Position numbers and translations under genes: made by a program
Shown here: positions 48,526 to 58,202 of the stretch, piece by piece
Position numbering within the stretch: the first letter of the stretch is position 1
How the letters are laid out: every line of letters starts with the position of its first letter
Assembly (NCBI GenBank): GCA_020350885.1
Contig: CP070727.1
Span: 3,664,017-3,728,016 of the forward strand
DNA: 64,000 nucleotides
Source: a bacterium
GTDB taxonomy: Bacteria > Krumholzibacteriota > Krumholzibacteriia > Krumholzibacteriales > Krumholzibacteriaceae
Reading direction: 5' to 3'
The notes under the pieces: model-generated
Database searches by the model: none
What the model saw: only the letters and a program-made list of their open reading frames with translations
Told to the model about the DNA's origin: nothing

Positions 48526-50471
48526 CTTCGCCGAAACAGTGATGAAAGAAACGATCCTCCCTCTGTGCCCCCGGCCTGCTGTGCCAGGATGAAATCGTTC
48601 AACGTCTTCGAGCAGATCGAGTACTCCCCGTCCGAGGCGAGCAGGTATCCCCTGCGCATGAGATCCTCGTTTACGAACTGATACTTCTTGCTTATCGACT
48701 TGCCCGAGGCGATGCGGCCGAGGTTCTCCCGCTCCTCCTCATTCATGCGCTCCCACAGGAACTGGTAGTGGGGAGAGACCTCGTCTATGTACGAACGAGC
48801 AATCTGCTCCCAATCGGGCTCGGAGTCGGGATTGTCGAGGAGGAATTCGAAGACGTTCGAGCAGGCGATCTGGAGGAAAAGGGGGAAGTAACCCGCCAGC
48901 TCGATGATCCTTCCCGCGTGCGCCCCGAGCGGAATCCCCTCTCGCTCGGAAGGGTCTGTGATGAGCTCTACTGCCTCGTCCCGGCTGAAGGCCCTGAGCG
49001 GCAGGTTCGAGAATATGTTGAAGAACGGCGAATCGGAGATGTCCTTGTTGTGGCACATGAGCTGGAGCTCCTCGCAGGAGGAGGTGACGTAGGCGACATG
49101 GTAGCTGTTCGCCAGCGAGCGCAGGAAGGAGAAAAAGTCCTCCTCGAACTTCTCGTTCTTCGTGATCACCTCGAATTCATCCATGAGAACGATGATTCTG
49201 TTGCCCTGATCGTGGAGCTCCTGTACCACTTCCTTGAGCTGGTCCAGCGTCCTGTCCCGTCCGGAGTACCCCTCGCTGTCCTGCGTCTCGAAGCTGAAGA
49301 CGTTGAAGAGAAAATCGATGAATTTGGGCACGTCGAAGTCGACGTTGCGCTGGAAATCGAGATAGACGAAGATTGCATTCTCGTAGTGCTGCATGTTCTG
49401 CTTACGGTTCCGGCGGTTGTAGATGAAGTTCAGGAGCGACGACTTTCCGATACGCCGTTCGCCGACGACTGAGATCGATTGCGGATGGGGCGCATCGAGG
49501 CGCGAATAGATCTTCCGGACCTCCTTGCTCCTGCCCACTAAATCGACCGGGTTCTTGATCATGACTCTGTTGAGATAGGGATTGCGCTTGCTGCTGCGCT
49601 TGGCGAATGCCTTGACATCCGGAAGAGAAGCGATCACAGCGCTCTCGTCATCGGCATACTTCTTGAGCAGCGTAGCAAGATCGTCTGCGAGTTCGTTGAA
49701 GTCGCTGTACCGCTTGTTCGGGCTCTTCTCGAGGCACCGCCGGATGACGGTCTTGAAATCCGTGGGTACCTCGTCGACGAATTCGAGATTCGATTCATTC
49801 ACGATTGAATACATGAGGGCAGCCGGGTGTTCGGCTTCGAACGGGAAGTAGCCGTTGAGGATGCGGAAGAGACAGACACCGAAGGAGAAGATATCGGTGC
49901 GCTCGTCGACCGGCTCGCCGAGTATCTGCTCGGGTGATATATACGAGGGAGTTCCCATCATCGTATTGCCGGTGGTCTGGATCGACGTGTTTACGAGCTT
50001 GACGAGACCGAAATCGAGGATCTTCACCCGGGCACCCTCGCCGCTCGCCGTATCGAGCATGATATTCTTGAGCGTGAGATCCCGATGTATGACCCCCTGG
50101 CCGTGTGCGCACAACATCGCCTTGCAGACCTGGAGTGCCAGCGAGCATTCCTGTGAGATCGTAAGCGATCCTTTCCCGATAAATTCTTCGAGTGAGGGAC
50201 CGTGTATGTGTTCCATGACGAGGAAGGTCTTTCCCTCGAAGTCCCCGCAGTCGAAGACCGTCACGATGTTCGGATGGTTTATCCTCGCAAGGGTTTCCGC
50301 CTCCCGGATCAACCGCTCACGGGCACTGCTATTGACACCGCCTGCGGTGAGGATCTTCACTGCAACCGGCCGCTTCAGTTTCATATCGACCGCCTGGTAG
50401 ACGGTGCCGAAGCCGCCCTCTCCGATCTTCTTCTCGATCTCGTACTTTTCTAAGAGAACCGTTCCAATCAT
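48522..50471 (-). CDS. Hanks-type protein kinase fused to STAND-class ATPase
   Basis: GEGGFG, VAVK, HRDLTLKN, DFG, GTPSYISPE; then NPY, Walker A GERRIGKSS, Walker B LMDEFE, G..P and winged-helix-like tail; no TM. Confidence 0.9.
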   Translation of the reverse strand: MIGTVLLEKYEIEKKIGEGGFGTVYQAVDMKLKRPVAVKILTAGGVNSSARERLIREAETLARINHPNIVTVFDCGDFEGKTFLVMEHIHGPSLEEFIGKGSLTISQECSLALQVCKAMLCAHGQGVIHRDLTLKNIMLDTASGEGARVKILDFGLVKLVNTSIQTTGNTMMGTPSYISPEQILGEPVDERTDIFSFGVCLFRILNGYFPFEAEHPAALMYSIVNESNLEFVDEVPTDFKTVIRRCLEKSPNKRYSDFNELADDLATLLKKYADDESAVIASLPDVKAFAKRSSKRNPYLNRVMIKNPVDLVGRSKEVRKIYSRLDAPHPQSISVVGERRIGKSSLLNFIYNRRNRKQNMQHYENAIFVYLDFQRNVDFDVPKFIDFLFNVFSFETQDSEGYSGRDRTLDQLKEVVQELHDQGNRIIVLMDEFEVITKNEKFEEDFFSFLRSLANSYHVAYVTSSCEELQLMCHNKDISDSPFFNIFSNLPLRAFSRDEAVELITDPSEREGIPLGAHAGRIIELAGYFPLFLQIACSNVFEFLLDNPDSEPDWEQIARSYIDEVSPHYQFLWERMNEEERENLGRIASGKSISKKYQFVNEDLMRRGYLLASDGEYSICSKTLNDFILAQQAGGTEGGSFLSSLFRRR

Positions 50472-52687
50472 TGCCGCTCACTCTCTTGTGCAAAACTGTA
50501 CTCGAACGGAACTGTCTGGCCCGATTTCACCTCGACGGTACGCTCGACCGTTTCGTAGGATGGATGACGCAGTTCGATCCGGTAGGTCCCCGGGGCGAGC
50601 TCGACAGGCAGATAGACCGCACTCTCCTCGATCAACTCACCATTTATCCATATCTCGGCATAGGGTGTGATCTGGAATACCAGTGTCCCGGGGGGAAGGG
50701 GTCCGAGTGTCACCCGGACACGGTTGTTCGGTGCCGGAATCGAGATCCTGCTCCTCTCCGTACGGAATCCCTCAAGTCTCAGCTCGAGAACATGCTCCCC
50801 CTGGGAAACGGAGGCGAGGCTCGTCGGCGCCGTTGCGATCTTCCGCCCATCGAGATACACAACGGCCCCCGCCGGTTCGGAATCGACAGTAAGCGGGTGG
50901 GTGAGCTTCGAGAATGAGTGATGGAGGGCGACCATCGAGTCGTTGTACACCGACACACCTTGAAAGCTCCGGCTGCTGTACCCCGAAAGACGGAGGTCGA
51001 TGTCGTACCGCTGGTTGACCGAGAGCCCGGTGAGCGTGTCCGGGGTCACCGATCCGGAGTCCTCCCCGTCTACGACGATACGTGCCCCGGGTGGATCGGT
51101 GGTGACGTGGAGGTTCCCCCGAAGCTCCTCGAGAACGATCATGCGTTCGAACGGCTCGTTCTTCACCAGCTCTACCGAATCGATGTACTCCTGGTATCCC
51201 GAAAGCTCGGCCCGTACTGTGGTATGCCTGGCCGCCACCGTTTCTCGTTCTACAGGTGATCTGCCGATCCACTGCTCTCCGATGAAGATGTTGGCCTGGG
51301 CTGGTTGTGTCCTGACCGTTACGACCGTAGAATCGCGAGCGCGACCGCCCCCGATACCACCGGCACCCGGCACACCGGCCCGAAAGAATATCTGGTAGAG
51401 AAACAGAAGGGCAACCACAACGATAACGGCCGAGGAAACAGCAATGATGCGTGTACGGGAGAATCGCTTTCCGACCGGTCTGAGCCCCTCCTCGAGCTCC
51501 TCTTCGCTACCACCGATCTCGTTTATCACCTGCCAGATCGAATGCATGCGGGCCATCCACAGCCGCCACAGGTCCATCTTGAACGTATAGGTATCCCCCC
51601 GTGCGTTCTTCTCCAGCAGGTCATGGTAAAAGAGCCGCTCCACCGTCTCCCGCACCTTGTTCCCGTCGAGCTGGTAGCCGATTTTTTCTTCTGCGGAAAA
51701 CGCAACGATCTCGTCAGGAGCGACCTCACGGATATCCTCCTTGCTCAACTCCGCAATGATCGAGATCGACACCTTTTCGAGGGCCGAGAGCGATGTCCAC
51801 GAAAAGATCATCTGGGGGAGCGGGTTCTCTATGATCTCCCGTGTGACTTCCCGCACGTCTTCCTGTGTCACCCGGTTCTTCTCCTTCTCGTTCAGGTGGT
51901 CCACCAGTGATTGACACAGGACCTGTGTATAGAAGGGCTGTCCGGCCGTGAGCGAATAAATCTCTTCCGGTACATCTTCGTCGTAGGAAACCGAGTCCCG
52001 CACCGGATCGCGTATCAGCCGCATGGTATCGGCCTCACTCAGAAAGCTTATTCTCCGGTGGAGTGCCTTGCCCAGGAAGTGCTCCCAGTACCGGGGATTG
52101 CGTGCTTCGAGCTTGTCGGAGCCGGTGAAGATGATAAAGACCCCTGCCCTGTGTTCCATCCATCCCGCCAGGGCGTTCAGTATGTCCGTGCTGAAACGGT
52201 TCTTGTCGATATGTGTCTCGAAGAGCTCGTATTCATCGAACATCAAAACGAGCTTTCTATCTCCCAGCCTTGCACCAATCCTCTCGGTTAAGATCTGGAA
52301 TGCTGCATATGGATTATCAGTTGCACGGGCTGTGAAATCCCGCTCGAATATGATCTCCGGATCACCGATCGACTCGGTAACCTCCCGGGCGAGTGATTCG
52401 AGGAACTCGTGATCGTTTTCCACCGTCATCGACTGCATATCGATGAGTATCGGAATATAACTCTCGCCGAGTCGCCCCCCCTTGATCTGAAAGAGTATCG
52501 ACGTCTTTCCGCTTCGCCGTGTCCCGCACAGAACGATCAAACCTCCCCGCGTGGCACCCGTGACCTTTTTCCTGATGTACTCGAAGTCATCCTCACGGCC
52601 GAAGAACATCCTGCGGTCCTCGATTGGATTGCCAACGATGTATGGATTGTGGATCATCTGGAATGTGTCATCATCTTCTGGTCGCAT
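50468..52687 (-). CDS. STAND-class ATPase, TM helix and four PEGA domains
   Basis: NPYIVGNP, FFGRE, GTRRSGKTS, LMFDEYE, GQPFY; TM IIAVSSAVIVVVALLFLYQIFF; four T.P..A.I.(D)G repeats; SD AAGGAG. Confidence 0.88.
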   Translation of the reverse strand: MRPEDDDTFQMIHNPYIVGNPIEDRRMFFGREDDFEYIRKKVTGATRGGLIVLCGTRRSGKTSILFQIKGGRLGESYIPILIDMQSMTVENDHEFLESLAREVTESIGDPEIIFERDFTARATDNPYAAFQILTERIGARLGDRKLVLMFDEYELFETHIDKNRFSTDILNALAGWMEHRAGVFIIFTGSDKLEARNPRYWEHFLGKALHRRISFLSEADTMRLIRDPVRDSVSYDEDVPEEIYSLTAGQPFYTQVLCQSLVDHLNEKEKNRVTQEDVREVTREIIENPLPQMIFSWTSLSALEKVSISIIAELSKEDIREVAPDEIVAFSAEEKIGYQLDGNKVRETVERLFYHDLLEKNARGDTYTFKMDLWRLWMARMHSIWQVINEIGGSEEELEEGLRPVGKRFSRTRIIAVSSAVIVVVALLFLYQIFFRAGVPGAGGIGGGRARDSTVVTVRTQPAQANIFIGEQWIGRSPVERETVAARHTTVRAELSGYQEYIDSVELVKNEPFERMIVLEELRGNLHVTTDPPGARIVVDGEDSGSVTPDTLTGLSVNQRYDIDLRLSGYSSRSFQGVSVYNDSMVALHHSFSKLTHPLTVDSEPAGAVVYLDGRKIATAPTSLASVSQGEHVLELRLEGFRTERSRISIPAPNNRVRVTLGPLPPGTLVFQITPYAEIWINGELIEESAVYLPVELAPGTYRIELRHPSYETVERTVEVKSGQTVPFEYSFAQESERQ

Positions 52688-52755
52688 CGCGGGGCTCCTT
52701 ACACGTACCACCTGGATGAATCGAGGAGACGGAGCACGGACACTCCCTCTGGGGA

Positions 52756-53511
52756 TTACTGACCCGGTGGCGCGGGAGGTTCGGGCAGCGGCTCAGGCTG
52801 GGGAGCTCCTTCGCCGCCGGCGCCGCCGAGGGTCACGGCGAGGATGATGCCCGCCGCAACCGCTGGGCCGATACGGTAGAACCACCAGCGCTTGTTGCGC
52901 CGACGGTCCATTGAGACTTCCAGGATATGTTTTCCGCTCGGATCGATCCTGATCGTCTCTTTATAATCGTAATATCCGGACTTCGTAACCATGAGCTCAT
53001 ATGAGCCGATCCTGATGAGATCGAGCTTGAGCGGCGTTTCCCCCTTGAATTCTTCACCGAGAAAAACTCTACAGTCCCCTGGCTTAGTGATCTCCAAGGT
53101 GCCGAACATCTCGCTCCGGAGCTGGTTGTATATTTCATTTACCCGCGGGGGGAACTCGACCGGATCGGCTACCAGGTCGGCAAACTGCTCCAATCCTTCG
53201 CGGGCCTGTGCAATGGCGCTTGCATCCTCTTTCATCAAAAGGAACGTAAACACTATGTGGTTATACGCACGCTTCAGGATATCATCCGATTCGGAATACT
53301 GATTGATGATGTTGTTGAGCAGCTGTATCGCCTCGTTGAACTCACCCCGTGCCCTGAGAGAGCTTACCAGCTCCCACTTCTGATATATCTGCTCCTGAGC
53401 GGCACCACGGGCAACCGAGGCGTAAGACGAGATCAAAAACAGTACGCACAGTAGTATGGTAAACGAACAGAAACGCCGCGAGAACGAGAAACGGATCTCT
53501 GAAAGGCACAT
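52756..53511 (-). CDS. Exported TPR-like and PEGA domain protein with C-terminal hydrophobic/Pro-rich tail
   Basis: Signal peptide; helical GEFNEAI.LL..II..Y; PEGA-like G.L.I..P..C.VFL...FKGETP..K.GY; tail WWFY.IG.AVAAGII..LPEPPAPP. Confidence 0.8.
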   Translation of the reverse strand: MCLSEIRFSFSRRFCSFTILLCVLFLISSYASVARGAAQEQIYQKWELVSSLRARGEFNEAIQLLNNIINQYSESDDILKRAYNHIVFTFLLMKEDASAIAQAREGLEQFADLVADPVEFPPRVNEIYNQLRSEMFGTLEITKPGDCRVFLGEEFKGETPLKLDLIRIGSYELMVTKSGYYDYKETIRIDPSGKHILEVSMDRRRNKRWWFYRIGPAVAAGIILAVTLGGAGGEGAPQPEPLPEPPAPPGQ

Positions 53512-53572
53512 GGCCCGACCTCCATCCAAGGGCTTCGACGATATCTTTTCGTAAATATTCCCTGTATAACTT

Positions 53573-53602
53573 ATCATATATGAAGAGGATAGATTATAGC
53601 AA
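53573..53602 (-). promoter_or_regulatory. Putative sigma70 promoter for the PEGA/STAND operon
   Basis: Minus strand TTGCTA-18 nt-TATGAT in an AT-rich gap. Confidence 0.45.
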
Positions 53603-53637
53603 GACAAATCTGCGCAGCGTGTGGGAAACCCCGTTCA

Positions 53638-55635
53638 CTATGGCATGACCTTCGTCACACCTCCATATTGCGTTCCGATCCACAGCGAGCCGGAATGATC
53701 CTCACAGAGCGTGCGGATGTGTCCATCGGTCAATCCCTGTGAGATCTGCACATGAATCCACTCTCCCCGGCGTCTGACATAGACCCCGTCACTCTCCGTC
53801 CCGACCCAGATCTCGCCCCTGCTCGTACCGATGATCGCCGTCGGCACGAAACCGGAGACACGCTGTGGCGGATCGATTATCTGCCACCCCGTACCCGTCA
53901 GCCGGAAGATGCCGTCTTGCCGAGCCAGCAGACAATTACCGGCCATATCGAGCCCGAGTATGTTGCCCCGTGACCGGGTACCCTCCGGTTCGCTCCCCTC
54001 GAGCCTGCCGAGGAATCGGATCCCGGGATCGAGTCGCAGAAGCGTATCCTGCTGGGCACCGGACGTATCGGCTCCCGCTCCGTAGGGAACCGGTAAGACC
54101 GCCTCCTCCCAGCGTCCCTCCGAATACCTCGCCAATGTACCGTCCGCGGTGAGAATCCATGGATACCCCGCTCCATCGACGACGAGGGAGCCGATACGGT
54201 TCTGCGGAAGTCCGTTCCTCTCGGTATAGTGAATCCACTCCCGCCCGGTGAACTCGAGTACGCCGCGATCGAACGAAGCGAACCATAAACTACCTGAAGG
54301 ATCGAAGGAGAGCGCCACGAAATGCTCCGTCGGCAATCCCTGACGCCTGTCGAACAGATTCCATGATCGGCCGTCGAAGTGAAGTATCCCGAAACGTGTG
54401 GCGACCCACATCTCCTCATCGTCTGTGACGAAGAGATCAGTCATCGTCCCGGAGCACCATTCCAGCGGCGGGGTGACTTCGGTTAGATCCTCCCCGAGTC
54501 GGTAGATGCTCCGCTCGGCAAGAAACCAGAGCGCCGGGCCGAACCGTTGCACGGATATGACATGCTTGCTCGGAAATCCTTGGGGCATAGCAACTTCCCG
54601 CACTGCGTCCCTCGAGAGGACGAAGACGGTGCCCTCGTCGGTGCCGAGGTAACAGATCCCCTCGAGGTCATGATGAATCGACAGGAACCGGTACTGTGTA
54701 AGATTCACGCCCGGTAGCCGATAGGGTGTCCACGCCGAGCCATCGAAGCTACTCACGCCCGCCCCGCCCGCAGCCCACAGGCGGCCCGTAGGATCGAGGC
54801 TGAAGCCATGGATCTCATCGCTGGGAAGACCATCCCTTACCCCAAACAGCCGAACACGCCCGAGATTGTACAGAACAACCCCCTTGCGTGCGATCGCCAG
54901 AAAAAGATTTCCTTCCTCATCCAGCGCAAGTTCCTCCACTGCACCGATGGGAATACGGCTCCCGTACCGCATCGATTCCCAACTCAGTGTATCCGACCTG
55001 CACAGTCCGCTCGCAGTTCCGAACCATACCGTGTGTGGGTCCTGCTCGAGGATCGTCAGCACACGGTCGTCGAGCAGGGAATCCTGCCGGGTATAGACGG
55101 TGAGTGAATCGTCTCGTATATAGGCGCATCCATCGCCGTATGTCGCGATCCACACCACGGCATCGCCGCGAACGATGTCCGTGACCCTCCTGAAAAAACC
55201 GCGGTGCCCGGAGGGTAGATGAATCCACCTGCCGTCCCGTCTCACACTTACGCCCCCGTCGCCCCCCACCCAGAGCGAACCGGTATCATCGGCCATGATT
55301 GTCCGTATCGAGACAAATGCCGGTCCCCTGACCGATGAAACGGAGTCCTCCACCGTGTTGTAGGCGAAGAGCCCGCCCTCCGTCCCGACCCATAATGTAT
55401 CATCCTGGCTGAGAAGCGCTCTGATCTCCCTGGCGGGAACATGCCGAACGATGGTTCCTGAAAGGCCAAAAGGACCGAGCCGGTCAACCCAGTACAGGGG
55501 CTTCCGGTCACCTGAAACGATCCACCCACCGGGTTCTCTCGGTTCCTCCTCGGGGATTTCTTCGCCGGCAAGAGGGGTGGCACCGATCACGAGTGCGAGA
55601 ATTCCAAGCAATGAGACGACTGTCCGAATGTTCAT
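53638..55635 (-). CDS. Exported two-component-regulator propeller (Reg_prop) repeat protein without kinase domain
   Basis: Signal peptide; many GL....I..L..D..G.LW.GT..G repeats. Confidence 0.85.
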   Translation of the reverse strand: MNIRTVVSLLGILALVIGATPLAGEEIPEEEPREPGGWIVSGDRKPLYWVDRLGPFGLSGTIVRHVPAREIRALLSQDDTLWVGTEGGLFAYNTVEDSVSSVRGPAFVSIRTIMADDTGSLWVGGDGGVSVRRDGRWIHLPSGHRGFFRRVTDIVRGDAVVWIATYGDGCAYIRDDSLTVYTRQDSLLDDRVLTILEQDPHTVWFGTASGLCRSDTLSWESMRYGSRIPIGAVEELALDEEGNLFLAIARKGVVLYNLGRVRLFGVRDGLPSDEIHGFSLDPTGRLWAAGGAGVSSFDGSAWTPYRLPGVNLTQYRFLSIHHDLEGICYLGTDEGTVFVLSRDAVREVAMPQGFPSKHVISVQRFGPALWFLAERSIYRLGEDLTEVTPPLEWCSGTMTDLFVTDDEEMWVATRFGILHFDGRSWNLFDRRQGLPTEHFVALSFDPSGSLWFASFDRGVLEFTGREWIHYTERNGLPQNRIGSLVVDGAGYPWILTADGTLARYSEGRWEEAVLPVPYGAGADTSGAQQDTLLRLDPGIRFLGRLEGSEPEGTRSRGNILGLDMAGNCLLARQDGIFRLTGTGWQIIDPPQRVSGFVPTAIIGTSRGEIWVGTESDGVYVRRRGEWIHVQISQGLTDGHIRTLCEDHSGSLWIGTQYGGVTKVMP

Positions 55636-55706
55636 TGTACTCGTTCTTTCGGGACGGTAGTTGCCTATTCTTGATGGAAAAACTGTAGTATAGAGCCGCG
55701 ATTAAT

Positions 55707-57116
55707 TCAAGAGGATTGCTGTGTTCCGGTAAGGGCCGAGGGTGCCGGCCGGTGTATGATCTCATGAAGAAATCCGGAAATATCATGTCCGCTCAGCCTC
55801 CGCACCGCTGCCGTCAAAGCTTCCTCATCGATGTATGTGGTCCCTCCCGCCTCCTCGTACATCATCCGGAGAATGTCGATTAATCCGATACGGTTCCGGG
55901 TGATCTCAGTGATATGGGCGTCGAGGGCCTCAGCGGCGAGAAAGCCGCCGTCGTAGAGAAGATTCACAAGGTCCTTGTCTCCCAGGTCACTGTTGACCGC
56001 TTCACCGATGGGGACGGCCTCGAGATAGCTGTTCTCCATGTAACGTTTGGCGATGAGATCGCGATTGCGCCGGTGCTGCTCCGGGGTGATGATATTCGCA
56101 TCGAGGAGGGTTTTATAGGAATAGTAGACGGTGACACCTTCCGTGAACCAGAGAAATTCATCCGTGCGGGGCCGCAGGGTTTCTCCGTTCCAGTTGTGAA
56201 AGAACTCGTGCGCAACGATCGCCATCGGCGTATCGAAGAGTTGGCTGCGATCGAGCTTCGTATCCAGCAGCAACACGATGCTTCCGGTGAAGTGAACTCC
56301 GTAGAGGTTGAATCCCCTGTAGCCCTTAATCGGATTCCGGTCGCACACGAAGAGGTACCGCTCGTGAGGGGAGGAGCCGAAGAGAGCCGTTTCGCTCGTT
56401 ACGATCCTCTCGATCACCTCGAGCAGCTCCTCGTCGTGAAACGTCCACGAACTCGCTATCGCCATGACGAGTTCCGTCTGTCCCGCCCATCTCCGGAACA
56501 ACCGGTAGTTACCTGATACAACAACAGTCGATGGGAGATCACCGATCGACGGGACCGTGATCCTCGTACCCGTACCGGCCCAGGCGGAGCAAACCGGCAT
56601 GCCCGGAAAGATCGCGGTATCGACCACCACGCCCTCCGAGACAGCCTCCGCAGGCATGATGAATAGATCACCACCCAGGAGTCGGCAGCGGTCGTGATCG
56701 ATGAAGCTCAGCATCGTTTTAATGTCGGGGGAATACCGGTTCTCGACTGTCAGAACGACATCGTAGTACACAGAGAAATCTTTGCCCCCATGCTCGACGA
56801 TCCAATCCCCCTCCCCTTCCGTTACGGAAAGTGCCCTCCCCTCACGGTCAAGGGCCGTAATACCGATCGGCACGGGTGAACGATCCCAGGTCCCGTGTGG
56901 TGAAACGAACCGCATTGTTTTCCCGATGGAACCGAATAGATCGATCCGTACGCGTACGATGTTCAAATCGTGATCCTTCAGCGTCACCCGATACTGGACG
57001 AACGGATGCGATCGGTTAACCGGTCCTACCGGAAACGAGCACCCGCTCACGAGAAGAAGCGCGAGTAGGGCCGTAACGGAAAACGATATAACTGCTTTAT
57101 TTACAGGTCGTTTCAT
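55707..57116 (-). CDS. M61-like (gluzincin) metallo-aminopeptidase, lipoprotein
   Basis: Lipobox VSGC; AHEFFHNWNG, WF.EG.T.YY, Y..G motifs. Confidence 0.82.
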   Translation of the reverse strand: MKRPVNKAVISFSVTALLALLLVSGCSFPVGPVNRSHPFVQYRVTLKDHDLNIVRVRIDLFGSIGKTMRFVSPHGTWDRSPVPIGITALDREGRALSVTEGEGDWIVEHGGKDFSVYYDVVLTVENRYSPDIKTMLSFIDHDRCRLLGGDLFIMPAEAVSEGVVVDTAIFPGMPVCSAWAGTGTRITVPSIGDLPSTVVVSGNYRLFRRWAGQTELVMAIASSWTFHDEELLEVIERIVTSETALFGSSPHERYLFVCDRNPIKGYRGFNLYGVHFTGSIVLLLDTKLDRSQLFDTPMAIVAHEFFHNWNGETLRPRTDEFLWFTEGVTVYYSYKTLLDANIITPEQHRRNRDLIAKRYMENSYLEAVPIGEAVNSDLGDKDLVNLLYDGGFLAAEALDAHITEITRNRIGLIDILRMMYEEAGGTTYIDEEALTAAVRRLSGHDISGFLHEIIHRPAPSALTGTQQSS

Positions 57117-57401
57117 TATAGCGTCTCGCTGCGGGGTGGCGGTGCCCTTGCGTGCTCTTACTACCTTCTTCGAACCGTTCATGCAAACCGCATTCCAAAC
57201 TCCGCGCAAGGCAATCACCGGTCGTTCAAAAACCGATTCACCCTACCGGCGGCTTCTCGAACGTGTCATCCTTTGGCCTCCCACATTCCAACGGTCGTCT
57301 CCATTGCCCGGCCGGATTGACTGATGCAGACCGATCGACTACAATGAATAGCGTACGGATTTCCGCTGTAGAGAACATTTCCTGTTGCCGGGCATCGTGT
57401 C

Positions 57402-58166
57402 ATGCACGCAATTGAACACGACAGGGAGAAGCTGGAGCAGGCCGCCGGACGCCTCTCCCGATCGGAACGAACCATCGTCTCGACGGGGTCCGGCATTTCG
57501 CGAGAGAGCGGCATTCCCACCTTCAGGGGTGAGGACGGACTCTGGCAGAACCATCGCCCCGAAGAACTCGCCTCCCGGGAAGGATTCCTCTCGAATCCCG
57601 GGCTCGTCTGGCGTTGGTACCGTGAGCGGCTCGGGACCGCCAGAGCAAAGCAACCGAATCCGGGTCATCGTGCCATCGCCAGGCTCGAACCTCTGATCCC
57701 AAACTTTCTCCTCATCACCCAGAACATCGACAACCTGCACCGGCGCGCCGGCAGCAAGGAGATCGTTGAGCTTCACGGAAACATCGAACGGTACCGCTGC
57801 TTCGAGTATTCGCATCCCGCCGAGGAGGATCCTCAGTGGGGTGACGAGCCGCCCCGGTGCCACTGCGGCTCCATAATACGACCCGACGTGGTCTGGTTCG
57901 GGGAACCGTTACCCGAAGCCGAGATCGAGTGTGCCTTCCGGGAATCGGCGCGCTGCGATACATTCCTCGTCGTCGGTACTTCGGGCATGGTGCAGCCTGC
58001 TGCCCTCCTTCCGCAGGTCGCAAGAAACGCCGGGGCACTGCTTATCGAGGTCAATGAAACGCCTTCGGAGATCACTCCCATCGTCGACATCTTTCTGCAA
58101 GGCAAGGCCGGTGAGACCCTGCCGCCGCTCGTGGACCGGATCGAAGAGCTGGTCTCTCGAGGGTAA
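57402..58166 (+). CDS. cobB: NAD-dependent protein deacylase (class III sirtuin)
   Basis: G.GIS.ESGIPTFRG, WY..R, PNPGH, TQNID.LH, HGNI, RPDVVWFGE, GTS..V.PAA motifs. Confidence 0.95.
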   Translation: MHAIEHDREKLEQAAGRLSRSERTIVSTGSGISRESGIPTFRGEDGLWQNHRPEELASREGFLSNPGLVWRWYRERLGTARAKQPNPGHRAIARLEPLIPNFLLITQNIDNLHRRAGSKEIVELHGNIERYRCFEYSHPAEEDPQWGDEPPRCHCGSIIRPDVVWFGEPLPEAEIECAFRESARCDTFLVVGTSGMVQPAALLPQVARNAGALLIEVNETPSEITPIVDIFLQGKAGETLPPLVDRIEELVSRG

Positions 58167-58202
58167 TACCGATAGGGATACGTTTCTTCGTGGATTACAA
58201 AC

